From: Candidatus Eiseniibacteriota bacterium
GTDB lineage: Bacteria; Eisenbacteria; RBG-16-71-46
Length of the DNA stretch: 64,000 nt
Direction of reading: 5' to 3'
Assembly: GCA_963717505.1 (NCBI GenBank)
Contig: OY970342.1
Location: forward strand, 1,344,001-1,408,000
This document shows, in pieces, positions 38,494 to 47,851 of this stretch. The first letter of the stretch is position 1, and each line of letters opens with the position of its first letter. The notes beneath the pieces are model-generated. The model ran no database searches, was not told the origin of the DNA, and saw only the letters and a list, made by a program, of their open reading frames with translations. Position numbers and translations under genes: made by a program.

Positions 38494-39246
38494 TCAGGGT
38501 GCGCCCGTGGCGGGAGTGGCTGCGTAGCGAATCGGGTCGACGAGTCCGGCTTCGCGGAATCCCTTGAGGCGGAGTCCGCAGGAGTCGCAACGGCCGCACG
38601 CTTCGCCTGAGGGAGTCGGGTCGTAGCACGAATGGGTGAGCGAGTAGTCCACGCCCAGCGTCGTGCCGAGCCGGATGATGCCGGCCTTGTCGAGCGCCAT
38701 GAGCGGAGTGTGAACGGTGAACGCGGCGCCTTCGATCCCGGCTCGAGTCCCGAGCCGCGCGATCTGCTCGAAGGCGCGCACGAAATCGGGACGACAGTCG
38801 GGGTAGCCCGAGTAGTCGAGCGCGTTCATGCCGGCCACCAGATGCCGCGCACCGAGGACTTCCGCCCAGCCGAGCGCCAGCGCCAGGAACACGGTGTTGC
38901 GCGCCGGCACGTAAGTCACCGGAACGTCGGCCGGCAGGTGAGCGGGATCGCGATCCTTCGGCACCTCGAGCGCCGACGTCAGCGCTGAACCTCCGATCGC
39001 GCGCAGATCCACGGTGACCTCGCGGTGCTCGAGCGCGCCGAGCGCACGCGACACGTGGCGCGCCGAAGACAGCTCGACGCGGTGACGCTGCCCGTAGTCG
39101 ACCGCGAGGGTGTAGCACGCGAATCCGCGTTCGCGAGCCCACGCCAGGGCGGTGGCGGAATCGAGCCCACCCGAGAGCAGGACCACGGCGCGTTCGCGAG
39201 CGGGGCTGAGCGATGCGGAGCCCTCCGGGAGCCCAGGCATGTTCAT
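38494..39246 (-). CDS. queC: 7-cyano-7-deazaguanine synthase
   Basis: [27 protein letters not shown] and SCY...CGRCDSC. Confidence 0.96.
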   Translation of the reverse strand: MNMPGLPEGSASLSPARERAVVLLSGGLDSATALAWARERGFACYTLAVDYGQRHRVELSSARHVSRALGALEHREVTVDLRAIGGSALTSALEVPKDRDPAHLPADVPVTYVPARNTVFLALALGWAEVLGARHLVAGMNALDYSGYPDCRPDFVRAFEQIARLGTRAGIEGAAFTVHTPLMALDKAGIIRLGTTLGVDYSLTHSCYDPTPSGEACGRCDSCGLRLKGFREAGLVDPIRYAATPATGAP

Positions 39247-39947
39247 ACCCCGCGCTTGGCGCCCCACATCCAGATGTGGAGGCGAGGACTCATGCGAAAG
39301 CCGTGCGCCTGGCAGGCCTCGAGCACGATGCGGGCATGGGCGCGCACGGCATCGTCGGTGAGTCCCTCGGGCATGAGCATCACGCGGCGCGCGGGAATCC
39401 CGTGGTCGTCGAGACGGCGCACCGCCTCGGCCACGTCGTCGCGGCTGCCGATCACGATCTTGAACGTCGCGTTGGGCTCCGCACACCAGCGATCCGCGTG
39501 TTGCCAGGTGTCGCTGGCACGCTCGGTCGCCGACGACAACTTGGGCGAGACATTCCAGAACAGGCGCTCGTCGCGCATTCCGGGCGGGAGCACGCCACTG
39601 GTCTCGACCTCGACGCGCGGCCAGAGCTGAACCGCGCGCGCCAGCAGCTCGTAGACGCCGTCGTGCTCGAGCGGCTCGCCGCCGGTGACCACCAGCATCG
39701 GCGCGCTGCCCAGCGCGCGTGCCTCGTCGAGCACTTCGTCGACCGCCACTTCGCGGCCACCGCTCGAGCCCCACGTGTACTTGGAGTCGCACCAGTGGCA
39801 GCCGACGTCGCAGCCCTGCAAGCGCACGAAGTGAGCGGGAGTGCCTGCCGACGGGCCCTCGCCCTGGATGGAGAGGAAGCACTCGCTGACGCGAAGGCGG
39901 GCCGCGGCGCCATGGGTGTCGGTGCCGGGATCACGAGAGTGGGGCAT
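39243..39947 (-). CDS. queE: 7-carboxy-7-deazaguanine synthase (radical SAM)
   Basis: [30 protein letters not shown] and PRLH. Confidence 0.93.
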   Translation of the reverse strand: MPHSRDPGTDTHGAAARLRVSECFLSIQGEGPSAGTPAHFVRLQGCDVGCHWCDSKYTWGSSGGREVAVDEVLDEARALGSAPMLVVTGGEPLEHDGVYELLARAVQLWPRVEVETSGVLPPGMRDERLFWNVSPKLSSATERASDTWQHADRWCAEPNATFKIVIGSRDDVAEAVRRLDDHGIPARRVMLMPEGLTDDAVRAHARIVLEACQAHGFRMSPRLHIWMWGAKRGV

Positions 39948-39955
39948 GACGAGAC

Positions 39956-40738
39956 TCAGGGCGCGGTGAACTCCGAGGCGGGGAACGAGGCGACGGTTTC
40001 GAGCGACCGCGTATAGATGGTGCGACCCTCGGCTCCGCGCTTGGCGGTCGCGAACCACAACCCGCCGTGCTCCTCCCAGTCCTCCCACGCCCAGGGAACC
40101 GGCGGTGGCTGGGTGCCCTGCAGCAGGTACTCCCACTTTTCGACTCGCCCGCTCGCCTGGTTCACGTACACCCAGTAACGGTCGCCCGGGGTGTTGCCGA
40201 CGTCGTGAAACGACAGCGAGATCTTGTCGAAGATGTAGTCGCCGGTCCGCTCGGATCCCTCGTAGCCGAGGACCACGCCCGGATCGCGCAACTTGTAGGG
40301 CATGAGCAACCAGTAGGCATCGTTGATCCACAGCGCCCGGGCGCGAGTCATGAGCTTGGTCAACGAGTCGCCCTCGATCGGGTTGCCACCCATCCACGCG
40401 TGGCCCTCATTGCTGTTCATGTTGTGGATCAGCAGGAACGTCGAGCCGTCGCGCGCGGTACCGCTCACCCGATGCCATCCGGTGTGCTTGTTCCACGAGT
40501 GACGGCGGACGCTGCGCACGGTGTCGTTCTGCGCGACCTCGAAGGACCAACGCAGGCCGACCAACGCGTCCCATGGCTCGCGGCCGCCCAGCTTCTTCAT
40601 GACGCGGTCGGCGATGGCGACGGCACGCGGGTCGGAGGCCGCGGAATCCGCAGGGGCGGCGGGGGTCGCGGTTCTCGGAGCGGCGCCGGCGAGGCCGAGC
40701 GCGAGAAACGTGCAGAGCAGTCCGGAGGGGAGCTTCAT
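39956..40738 (-). CDS. Secreted hypothetical protein (LolA-like/DUF6503-like)
   Basis: Signal peptide, GGREPW, INDAYWLLMPYKLRDPGV and GNTPGDRY. Confidence 0.6.
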   Translation of the reverse strand: MKLPSGLLCTFLALGLAGAAPRTATPAAPADSAASDPRAVAIADRVMKKLGGREPWDALVGLRWSFEVAQNDTVRSVRRHSWNKHTGWHRVSGTARDGSTFLLIHNMNSNEGHAWMGGNPIEGDSLTKLMTRARALWINDAYWLLMPYKLRDPGVVLGYEGSERTGDYIFDKISLSFHDVGNTPGDRYWVYVNQASGRVEKWEYLLQGTQPPPVPWAWEDWEEHGGLWFATAKRGAEGRTIYTRSLETVASFPASEFTAP

Positions 40739-40799
40739 GGCGCGACCAGTATAGCCCGGCGGAAAACGCCGGCGAAGGCGGTTCGAGACCGCGACGGGA

Positions 40800-41264
40800 C
40801 TAGAGGCGAACGAAGCGCGCCGGCTCGGCGCGGAACTTCTTGGCGCATCCGTCGCAGCAGAGGCGATAAGCGTCGTCGCCGACCGCGATCCGCGGACGGT
40901 CGCTTGCGACCGCAAACACGACACCGCTCACCGGGCATCGCGCGAGGTCGCCGTCCTCAGCCCCGGGCTGGGCGACGATCTCGCTGGACTCGTAGTCATG
41001 AGGCGCGGCACACGAGGCTTCGCAGACCCCCGACATCTCCGGGTCGAACGCCCGGCCGCCGTCGTTGCTGACGATCGTGAATCCCGCCGAGGAACCCCTG
41101 GGGGAAGCCTCGATCGGCCTTTCGCCTGAACACGGCGTCGAACAGGAGGCACCGTCGGATGCGGCGTGGAAGATGTTTCGGCCGGAGGACGACGCGGAAA
41201 GCATCGTGACCCCAATGCCGAGCAGGCCGAAGCAAACGAGGACGACGACGATTCTCGGGTTCAT
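40800..41264 (-). CDS. Exported Cys-rich YHS/TRASH-like metal-binding protein
   Basis: N-terminal TM; CSTPC, CEASC, CPVSG and YRLCCDGCAKKF. Confidence 0.65.
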   Translation of the reverse strand: MNPRIVVVLVCFGLLGIGVTMLSASSSGRNIFHAASDGASCSTPCSGERPIEASPRGSSAGFTIVSNDGGRAFDPEMSGVCEASCAAPHDYESSEIVAQPGAEDGDLARCPVSGVVFAVASDRPRIAVGDDAYRLCCDGCAKKFRAEPARFVRL

Positions 41265-41327
41265 GTTCCGCTCCTCAACTCCCGGTCTGATGAGCCGATA
41301 GCCTACACCTGCGCGAGGCCCGGCGGC

Positions 41328-41675
41328 CTACCCGCCCGCCAGAATTGTCGGAAGCTTGAAGGTGAACACGGAGCGAGGCAGCACCTGGGTCACCCCGGCC
41401 TCGAGCGCCGCAAAACGGATCCCCTGATCCTGATGGGAGAAGAAGCCGATCACCGGCATCCCGGACCCGGCCAGGGTCGAGCGCAGCCCGCGAACCGCCT
41501 CGATCGCGCCTTCAGCGTGCAGGTCGACGATGACCAGTGCGGGCGCGGACTCCTCGACGCGGAGCGCCAGTGCGGACGGGGTGCACGCAATGATCTCGAT
41601 GCCCAACGTGCCCGCCGTCTCGGCGATGCGCGCTGCAAAGAACAAATCCGGGACGGCCACCAGGACGCGACGCAT
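41328..41675 (-). CDS. Atypical single-domain response regulator receiver
   Basis: PDLFFAARI, LVIVDL and AGVTQVLPRS; lacks the canonical Lys-Pro. Confidence 0.65.
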   Translation of the reverse strand: MRRVLVAVPDLFFAARIAETAGTLGIEIIACTPSALALRVEESAPALVIVDLHAEGAIEAVRGLRSTLAGSGMPVIGFFSHQDQGIRFAALEAGVTQVLPRSVFTFKLPTILAGG

Positions 41676-41727
41676 AGGCGGGCAGCATAGCGGACTCTTC
41701 TAGAACCGAGCCACGACCCTTCCCGGG

Positions 41728-42144
41728 CTACGTCATTTGGTCATCCAACGAGAGCGCAAACACTCCCGCCGCCATCACCACCAGGCCCATGGCGATGGCG
41801 ATGCTGTACACCACATGGGTAGCCCTGCTTCTCACCGCGGCGACCGAGTCGCGCGGGATCGTCTGATCGAATCCAGGTTTCTCTTTCTCGAGCCCGCGAG
41901 CTGATTGACCGGGATTGAAGAAGCGGAACGAATCACCGGTAGCGACCACGTAGCCGTCCAAAGGGACGAAGCTACCCGAAGGGGTGTAGTAGCCTTCGAC
42001 GGCACGCTGGTTCGCTCCGAGGGAATCGTTCCGGACACGATGCGCCACGTCGGGGTTGGGCCCGGACACCGGAATCAGGACCGGAACCGAGCAGCCGGCG
42101 ACCAGAATCGCGAGGAGCGGGGAGAAGAGCAGGGTCCTTCGCAT
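41728..42144 (-). CDS. Hypothetical lipoprotein with C-terminal TM helix
   Basis: GGAGG RBS, lipobox LVAGC and hydrophobic tail. Confidence 0.55.
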   Translation of the reverse strand: MRRTLLFSPLLAILVAGCSVPVLIPVSGPNPDVAHRVRNDSLGANQRAVEGYYTPSGSFVPLDGYVVATGDSFRFFNPGQSARGLEKEKPGFDQTIPRDSVAAVRSRATHVVYSIAIAMGLVVMAAGVFALSLDDQMT

Positions 42145-42254
42145 TGAGACCTCCACCAGCGAGTCCTGACGCAGGATCCTACCCCCAAGCGTGGTCCTCG
42201 ATTCAACGCCTCGTCAACCTCATGTGGCGACGTCGCCTGGCGGGCGGGTCCGGT

Positions 42255-43856
42255 TCAACTCCATAGTCTTCGCGACAAGGAACGTCCCGCCAGCACCTGG
42301 AATCCTGCAGTCGCCGCGACCGCGATCACCGTCACCGCGACCATCACATACGGCGCCGCCGGCATGGACTCGACCGCGAACCCGAACGTCAGCCACCCGA
42401 CCGCCTGAGCCAGTAACAACAACGTCGAGAGCAATCGACCGGCCACGGTCAACATCGCGCGAGGATTGTTCCACTTGAAATTGCCGAACTCGGCGCCGGC
42501 CCAGAGCCCGAGCGCGAGTCCCAGGAGCAGGGCGGGGAGGGCAAAGCCCAACACGGCGGCGGCCTCGCCGCCGTCGAGACGGAAGCCCACGATCACAGCG
42601 GCGCCAGCCACGGCGACGATCGGCAGGGAGATCGCCAGCGTTCCGACGTAGCGGCCGAACACCCAGCGCCAAGCACGGACCGGAGCCATGCGCATCCACG
42701 CGATCCCTTGCCGCTCGAACGGAATCGCGCGCGATCCGACTTCGAACCCGAGCGCCACGGTCAGCGCCAGGAGCATCGAGCGTGCGATGAGCGTCGGCTC
42801 CATATCCCAGAGTGGCAACCCGAGCAGCGGCAGCAGTGTCCACATGAGGCTCATGGTCAGAACGTCGCCGAGCACCGTCCAGTCGCGCAGGAAGAGTCGC
42901 GTGTCGCGGACCAGCAACGCGGGCCCCAGCCCAGGCACCGGGAGGGGCAGCGGGCGCCGCGGCGCGCGCCGCCGTCCCGGGCCGGCAAGCACGCGTGCCC
43001 GAACGTTCTCGAGGGTTGCAGCACCAATCCACGCCGCGAGACCCAGCGCGGCCGCGCCGGCGAGCAGCGCCGCCGTCAATCCACGCAGGGCGCCGACCCA
43101 GTCGCCCGCGGCCGCGGACCCCGCCATGGTCGCGATGAACGCTCCCGAGCTCCAGCGATATGCGGCCGGCGGCGATTCCGAGAGCCGTTCCAGCATGCCC
43201 ACGAGGTCCGGGATGTCGTCCGCGAGGTTGGGGAGCACGAACGAGTGCCCGAGCCAGATCACGAGCAGCGTGAACGCGGAGATCATGCCGAAGGCGTCGC
43301 GCGCCAGCCGAGCGGGCACGATCAAGAGCAACCCGAGTGCGGCCGACGTGCCGAGGCCCATCGGAACCGCCCAGAGCGCCGCACACGCGGGGAGGATCAG
43401 CAACCAGGCCCAAGGCGGGCTCGGAAAGCAGACCGCGAATGCCACCAGCGCCGGCAACAGGAGCATCAACACCAGGAGGGACGTGCGAGGCACGACGTCC
43501 AGCAACTTGATGAAGAACAGCCACAATCCGGATACGGGGGCTCGGCGCAGCAATTCCAGGTCCGAGTCCACAACCAGAGTGCTCACCGCCTCGTGGAGAT
43601 CGAACGCGACCAGGCCGGTGAGCCCCGCGGTGAGAATCACTCCCAATGCGGCGGCGGCGACGTGCGGTCCAGCGCCGGCGTCGGCCAGGCTGCGAAAGAA
43701 AAGGGTGAGTGCCCCCGACACCAGGGACGCCGCGAACGCGCCGAGGAACAGCAGGATCAGCGGGCGGCGGACGCGCAGTGCGCGGGCGCGCTGACCCGAC
43801 CGGAACTGATTGACCAGGAGCAGCCAGCGGCTGCGCAGCACGACCGCGAGGTTCAC
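42255..43856 (-). CDS. Putative ABC exporter permease (12-TM, duplicated)
   Basis: SDLELL...PVS and FERQGIAWMRMAPV motifs; follows the ABC ATPase. Confidence 0.8.
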   Translation of the reverse strand: MNLAVVLRSRWLLLVNQFRSGQRARALRVRRPLILLFLGAFAASLVSGALTLFFRSLADAGAGPHVAAAALGVILTAGLTGLVAFDLHEAVSTLVVDSDLELLRRAPVSGLWLFFIKLLDVVPRTSLLVLMLLLPALVAFAVCFPSPPWAWLLILPACAALWAVPMGLGTSAALGLLLIVPARLARDAFGMISAFTLLVIWLGHSFVLPNLADDIPDLVGMLERLSESPPAAYRWSSGAFIATMAGSAAAGDWVGALRGLTAALLAGAAALGLAAWIGAATLENVRARVLAGPGRRRAPRRPLPLPVPGLGPALLVRDTRLFLRDWTVLGDVLTMSLMWTLLPLLGLPLWDMEPTLIARSMLLALTVALGFEVGSRAIPFERQGIAWMRMAPVRAWRWVFGRYVGTLAISLPIVAVAGAAVIVGFRLDGGEAAAVLGFALPALLLGLALGLWAGAEFGNFKWNNPRAMLTVAGRLLSTLLLLAQAVGWLTFGFAVESMPAAPYVMVAVTVIAVAATAGFQVLAGRSLSRRLWS

Positions 43857-43860
43857 GACG

Positions 43861-44592
43861 CTACTCCGTGGCTTCGCGGGTCAGCGCCAGGAACACGTCT
43901 TCGAGCGTCGCGTGCGCGCCCTTGAGTTCGGCAAAGCTGCCCGCCGCGCGCGTGACCCCCTGGTGCAGGATCACGACGCGATCGCACAAACGCTCGGCGA
44001 CGTCGAGCAGGTGGGTCGAAACCAGGACGCCGAGGCCGCGCTGAGCGCGCTCGCGCAGCAGATCCTTGAGCACGCGGGCGCCATGCGGATCGAGCCCGGT
44101 CAGCGGCTCGTCGAGCATGAGCAACGGCGGATCGTGCAACAGGGCGGCGGCCACCGAAGCTTTCTGCCGCATGCCGTGCGAGTAGGTCTCGATCAGGTCG
44201 TCGGCGACGTCCGCGAGGTCGAGCCGTGCGATCAGCGCGTCGGCGCGAGCCCGACCCTCGGCGGGGGCGACGTCGTAGAGCGCCGCGACGAAATCCAGGA
44301 ACTCGCGCGCCGACAGGCGGTCGTAGAGGAAAGGCCGGTCGGGGACGAACCCGAACGCCGCGCGTGCGCGCATCGGCTCTCGAGCGAGCGAGGCGCCGGC
44401 AATCGTGATCTCACCGGCGTCGGGCCTGAGCAGTCCCGCGCAGCAACGCAGCGTCGTCGTTTTGCCGGCGCCGTTGGGGCCGAGGAAGCCGAGGATCTCG
44501 CCCGGCCGGACGTCCAAGTCGAGACGATCGACGGCGACGAACCGGCCGTACCGGCGCTGGAGCCCGCGTACAGCGAGCGGCGGGCCCGTCAT
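43861..44592 (-). CDS. ABC transporter ATP-binding protein
   Basis: GPNGAGKTT, YSHGM, LDEP and STH. Confidence 0.95.
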   Translation of the reverse strand: MTGPPLAVRGLQRRYGRFVAVDRLDLDVRPGEILGFLGPNGAGKTTTLRCCAGLLRPDAGEITIAGASLAREPMRARAAFGFVPDRPFLYDRLSAREFLDFVAALYDVAPAEGRARADALIARLDLADVADDLIETYSHGMRQKASVAAALLHDPPLLMLDEPLTGLDPHGARVLKDLLRERAQRGLGVLVSTHLLDVAERLCDRVVILHQGVTRAAGSFAELKGAHATLEDVFLALTREATE

Positions 44593-45635
44593 GCGCTCCG
44601 ATCCAGCGCTCTCGCCAGCTTGGGCAGGCTCACGTCGTAGCGATAGCTCACGTTCATGTGCCCGTCGTCGAACTCGTCGTAGTCGTGAGGCACGCCCAGC
44701 TCACGCAGCCGGCGCGTGAACAGACGCGCACCCAGGTGCAGATGCCACTCGTCGCGGAAGCCGCAGTCGAGATGGAACGCTCTGAGCTCGCGCAGCGCGT
44801 CGGCATGACGATCGACCAAGCGCATCGGATCGTGCTCGAGCCAGGCCGCCCAGACGTCGTCGCGGAAGGCGCCCGTCTCCAGGTCGCACGGCAGGTCGAT
44901 GCCGAAAGGCTCGGTCGCCGGGTTGGGCGAATAGGCCGCCGCCATGCCGAGGATGTTGAGCACCGTGAAGTCCTCGTGTTTCTTCTGGATCTTGGCCTCG
45001 AAGCGTTCGAGCCACGGTTTGAGGCCGCCCGCTTCCTGCACCGCCGAACAGAACTTCGGCACATCACCCCGGTAGCAGTAGTCGAACACCATGTCGCCGC
45101 TGTGGCACGCCACCGCGCCGAAGACCTGCGGATGATGCATGCCGAGCACCAGCGCGCCGTAGCCGCCCGACGACTTGCCGGCGACCCCGCGGTGCTCGCG
45201 ACTCGCGAGCGTGCGGTAGCGGGCATCGACGTGGGCCACCAGCTCCGACGCAACGTGGTCTGCGTAACGGCCGGTCGCCGACGAATTGATGTATTGGGAG
45301 CCGCCGTAGCGCGTGAAGCAGTCGGGCATGACCATGATGATCTCGGGACAGCCGGCGGCAATCAGGACGTCCATGCGATCGTCGAGCGAGGGCGACCAGG
45401 GATTGTCGTTGAGCAGCATGCGGCCGCGCCCCATGAATCCGGTGAGCACGAAGACCACCGGATAGCGGCGCTCCACGTCGTGGTCGTACGAGGGCGGCAA
45501 ATAGACCGGCACGCGACGGACGTGAGGATCCCCGGCGTGGTTGCCGCGCAGCACCTGGCTGTCGACCGACTCGACCACCACGCGCCCGTGCGCCAGGGTG
45601 CCGGAGTTCGAAGCTCGGGTTCCGTCTCGAGTCAT
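44589..45635 (-). CDS. Alpha/beta hydrolase esterase (Fes/CE1-like)
   Basis: VYLPPSY, RYPVV, GKSSGG nucleophile elbow and FDDGH. Confidence 0.88.
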   Translation of the reverse strand: MTRDGTRASNSGTLAHGRVVVESVDSQVLRGNHAGDPHVRRVPVYLPPSYDHDVERRYPVVFVLTGFMGRGRMLLNDNPWSPSLDDRMDVLIAAGCPEIIMVMPDCFTRYGGSQYINSSATGRYADHVASELVAHVDARYRTLASREHRGVAGKSSGGYGALVLGMHHPQVFGAVACHSGDMVFDYCYRGDVPKFCSAVQEAGGLKPWLERFEAKIQKKHEDFTVLNILGMAAAYSPNPATEPFGIDLPCDLETGAFRDDVWAAWLEHDPMRLVDRHADALRELRAFHLDCGFRDEWHLHLGARLFTRRLRELGVPHDYDEFDDGHMNVSYRYDVSLPKLARALDRSA

Positions 45636-47749
45636 GGTCGTCCTCCCCGGGTTTCCGTGACCACCGCGCGCGGCCGCGGTTCATGACGCTTCCACGCCCG
45701 CGCGACGGTCGAGTCCGACCGCAGACGCGGGAAGTCCGCGATCAGGCGTTCCAGCTCGCGGCGTGCGGCATCTTCGATTCCCGCTCGATCGAGACCGAGG
45801 GCCAGCAGGCGGCGGGCCGCCCCGTCGCCGGGATCCAGCCACACGGCCACTTTGAGCTCCATCAGCCCGTACTTGGGTGACGAGGCCATGAGCAACTCTC
45901 CCAGGATCGAGTGCGGCTCGGGTCGCCCCACGCCGTGCTCGATGGCGCGCATCAGGTGGCGGCGCGCCGCCAGCGTATCGGTCTGGCTCAGCGCATTGTG
46001 CGCGGCCGCAACATGCAGGCGCCAGTAGACCGAGTCGTCGCGGGCGCCGAACGCGGTCCACGCGGCCTCGGCGTCTTCGCGCCGGTCCCGCCACAGCTCG
46101 GCCCAGCCGAGCCAGTACAGGTGATCCATGCGCTCTCCCCCGGCGGCGATTCCGCGACGAAACGCGTGCGCCGCGCCCGCCGGCCGATCCAGCAGCAGGA
46201 GGTCGGCGCCGACCTGGAACCAAGGGTCGGCGGTGCCCGCATACAGCATCTGAAGCTCGCGCCCATCCCACCACACGAAGCGACAAGGATGATCGGCGGC
46301 GGTCGAATCGGAGAATCGCGTGTAGAAGTGCGAGGCCAGCGTGGGGTCGCGGTAGAGGGACCGGATCAGGGCGCCATTGCCCATCTGGAAGCCGGCCCAT
46401 GACGGCAGCGTGACGAAGAAGAAGCGGGTTTCGGGCTCGGGGTCCGGCACCAGCCGCACCAGCTGGCGCGAAAGGGTGTCGGTGTGTGCCGCCGCACGCT
46501 CGAAGTAGAACGACGTCAGGTGCGAGGTCCAGCTCCACCGGCTCTGAGCGATCGAGAACGCTCGCGTGCCGGCGCCGGCGGCGTGCCACCAGACGAGCCC
46601 GGCCGCCAGCCCGAGCAACACCCAGCGGTCGGCGCGCGCGCAGGCGATGCCGACCAGGATGGCGGCACCGACGGCGGCGAGCGTGTAGTAGTAGGAACTC
46701 CAGGCGTAGGACACGGGTCCGGTCGGGATGGTGAAGGCCACGAGCCACAAGCATGCAAAGGCGGCAAACCGCCGAGAGGCCCCTCCGGTGAGTCGGAGGC
46801 CCGCGTAGCCACGGATGGCGGAGCGGGCCGAGGCCTCAGTGAGCGAAGCAGGATGCGCAGCGAGCGTGCCGGAGGGGCCTCTCGGCGGTTTGCCGTCTTC
46901 GCCGATCAGGAAAGCCGCGGTCGCGAAACAGAGCAGCGGCAGCAACTCGGGCCCATGCGTCGCCAGCGAAGACATCCATCCCGCCGGGTGATCGAGCCCG
47001 AGCAGGCTCTGCACCGAATGGGCAAACGCGGCGGCGAAGGCCGGCAGCGACAGGTCGAGCGGTGCGGCGGCGGCGTGGCGCGCGCGCATGACCAGACTCA
47101 CCACGACCCAGACCAACGCCGCCACACCGAACGGTGTCACGCGACGCAGCGTTTCGGGCCACGCGCGACGGTCGATCCAACGATCCCAAGCCACCAGGGC
47201 TGCCGGCAGCGCGAGGGCGGATTCCTTGCTCGCCAATGCCGCGGCAAAGCACGCGAGCGCGGCGATCATGCGTCCGCGCCGGAACAGCGCGAACGCTCCC
47301 AGGCTGCCGGCGAGCGCCAGCAGGTCCTGGCTGCACGAGATCCACATCAGGTTCACGCGCTGGAACGGGATGAGCGCGAAGTAGAGAACGCCCGCCAGCA
47401 CGCCGGAGCGGGGCAAGGCCGAACGCAGCAGATCCGCGAGCAGCGCGAGCGCACCGAGGAACAGGGCGAAGTTGAACGCGTGGAATACCGCGGGGTGGCC
47501 GCCGGCAATCGGAGCGAGGGCCGCAAAGTAGATCTGCCTGGAGAGGGGCCGATAATAGTTCCCGAGCGGGCCCAGGTCGGAAAGCGACGACGCGAGACCT
47601 CGGGATCGCGCCTCTTCGAGGAACAGGTAGTCGTCGTTGAGGAAGGGTGCGCGGACCGCCCCGGCGTAGAGCGCGACCAGGCCGAGGGCCACCAGCAGGA
47701 CGGTGGCCCAGTGGCGCGGGCCGGCGAGCGCGGTTTTCACGGGCGGCAA
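45632..47749 (-). CDS. Multi-TM GT-C-like membrane protein with TPRs (TMTC-like), containing an in-frame palindromic insertion
   Basis: NDDYLFL, YYRPLSRQ, LASKESA motifs and TPR tail; paralog of 29795-31669. Confidence 0.65.
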   Translation of the reverse strand: MPPVKTALAGPRHWATVLLVALGLVALYAGAVRAPFLNDDYLFLEEARSRGLASSLSDLGPLGNYYRPLSRQIYFAALAPIAGGHPAVFHAFNFALFLGALALLADLLRSALPRSGVLAGVLYFALIPFQRVNLMWISCSQDLLALAGSLGAFALFRRGRMIAALACFAAALASKESALALPAALVAWDRWIDRRAWPETLRRVTPFGVAALVWVVVSLVMRARHAAAAPLDLSLPAFAAAFAHSVQSLLGLDHPAGWMSSLATHGPELLPLLCFATAAFLIGEDGKPPRGPSGTLAAHPASLTEASARSAIRGYAGLRLTGGASRRFAAFACLWLVAFTIPTGPVSYAWSSYYYTLAAVGAAILVGIACARADRWVLLGLAAGLVWWHAAGAGTRAFSIAQSRWSWTSHLTSFYFERAAAHTDTLSRQLVRLVPDPEPETRFFFVTLPSWAGFQMGNGALIRSLYRDPTLASHFYTRFSDSTAADHPCRFVWWDGRELQMLYAGTADPWFQVGADLLLLDRPAGAAHAFRRGIAAGGERMDHLYWLGWAELWRDRREDAEAAWTAFGARDDSVYWRLHVAAAHNALSQTDTLAARRHLMRAIEHGVGRPEPHSILGELLMASSPKYGLMELKVAVWLDPGDGAARRLLALGLDRAGIEDAARRELERLIADFPRLRSDSTVARAWKRHEPRPRAVVTETRGGRP
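46762..46895 (-). repeat. Intragenic palindromic element, copy A
   Basis: Perfect 27-bp inverted repeat CGGCAAACCGCCGAGAGGCCCCTCCGG (46762-46788 / 46869-46895) around a core shared with 59049-59137. Confidence 0.9.
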
Positions 47750-47851
47750 TCTAGCAGGCGCAAGGCCCTCACGCCGCGAGCCGGGCCTGCCGATAACCCT
47801 CGCGATTGCAACGATCCCCGCCGAGCCCCCGGGCCGGCACCCCGCGAGCCT

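Noticed and set aside
38115-39947. queE-queC-queD as a 7-deazaguanine DNA modification (dpd) system
   Set aside because: No dpdA/tgt-like, dpdB/C or phage genes are nearby, so ordinary queuosine precursor synthesis is sufficient.
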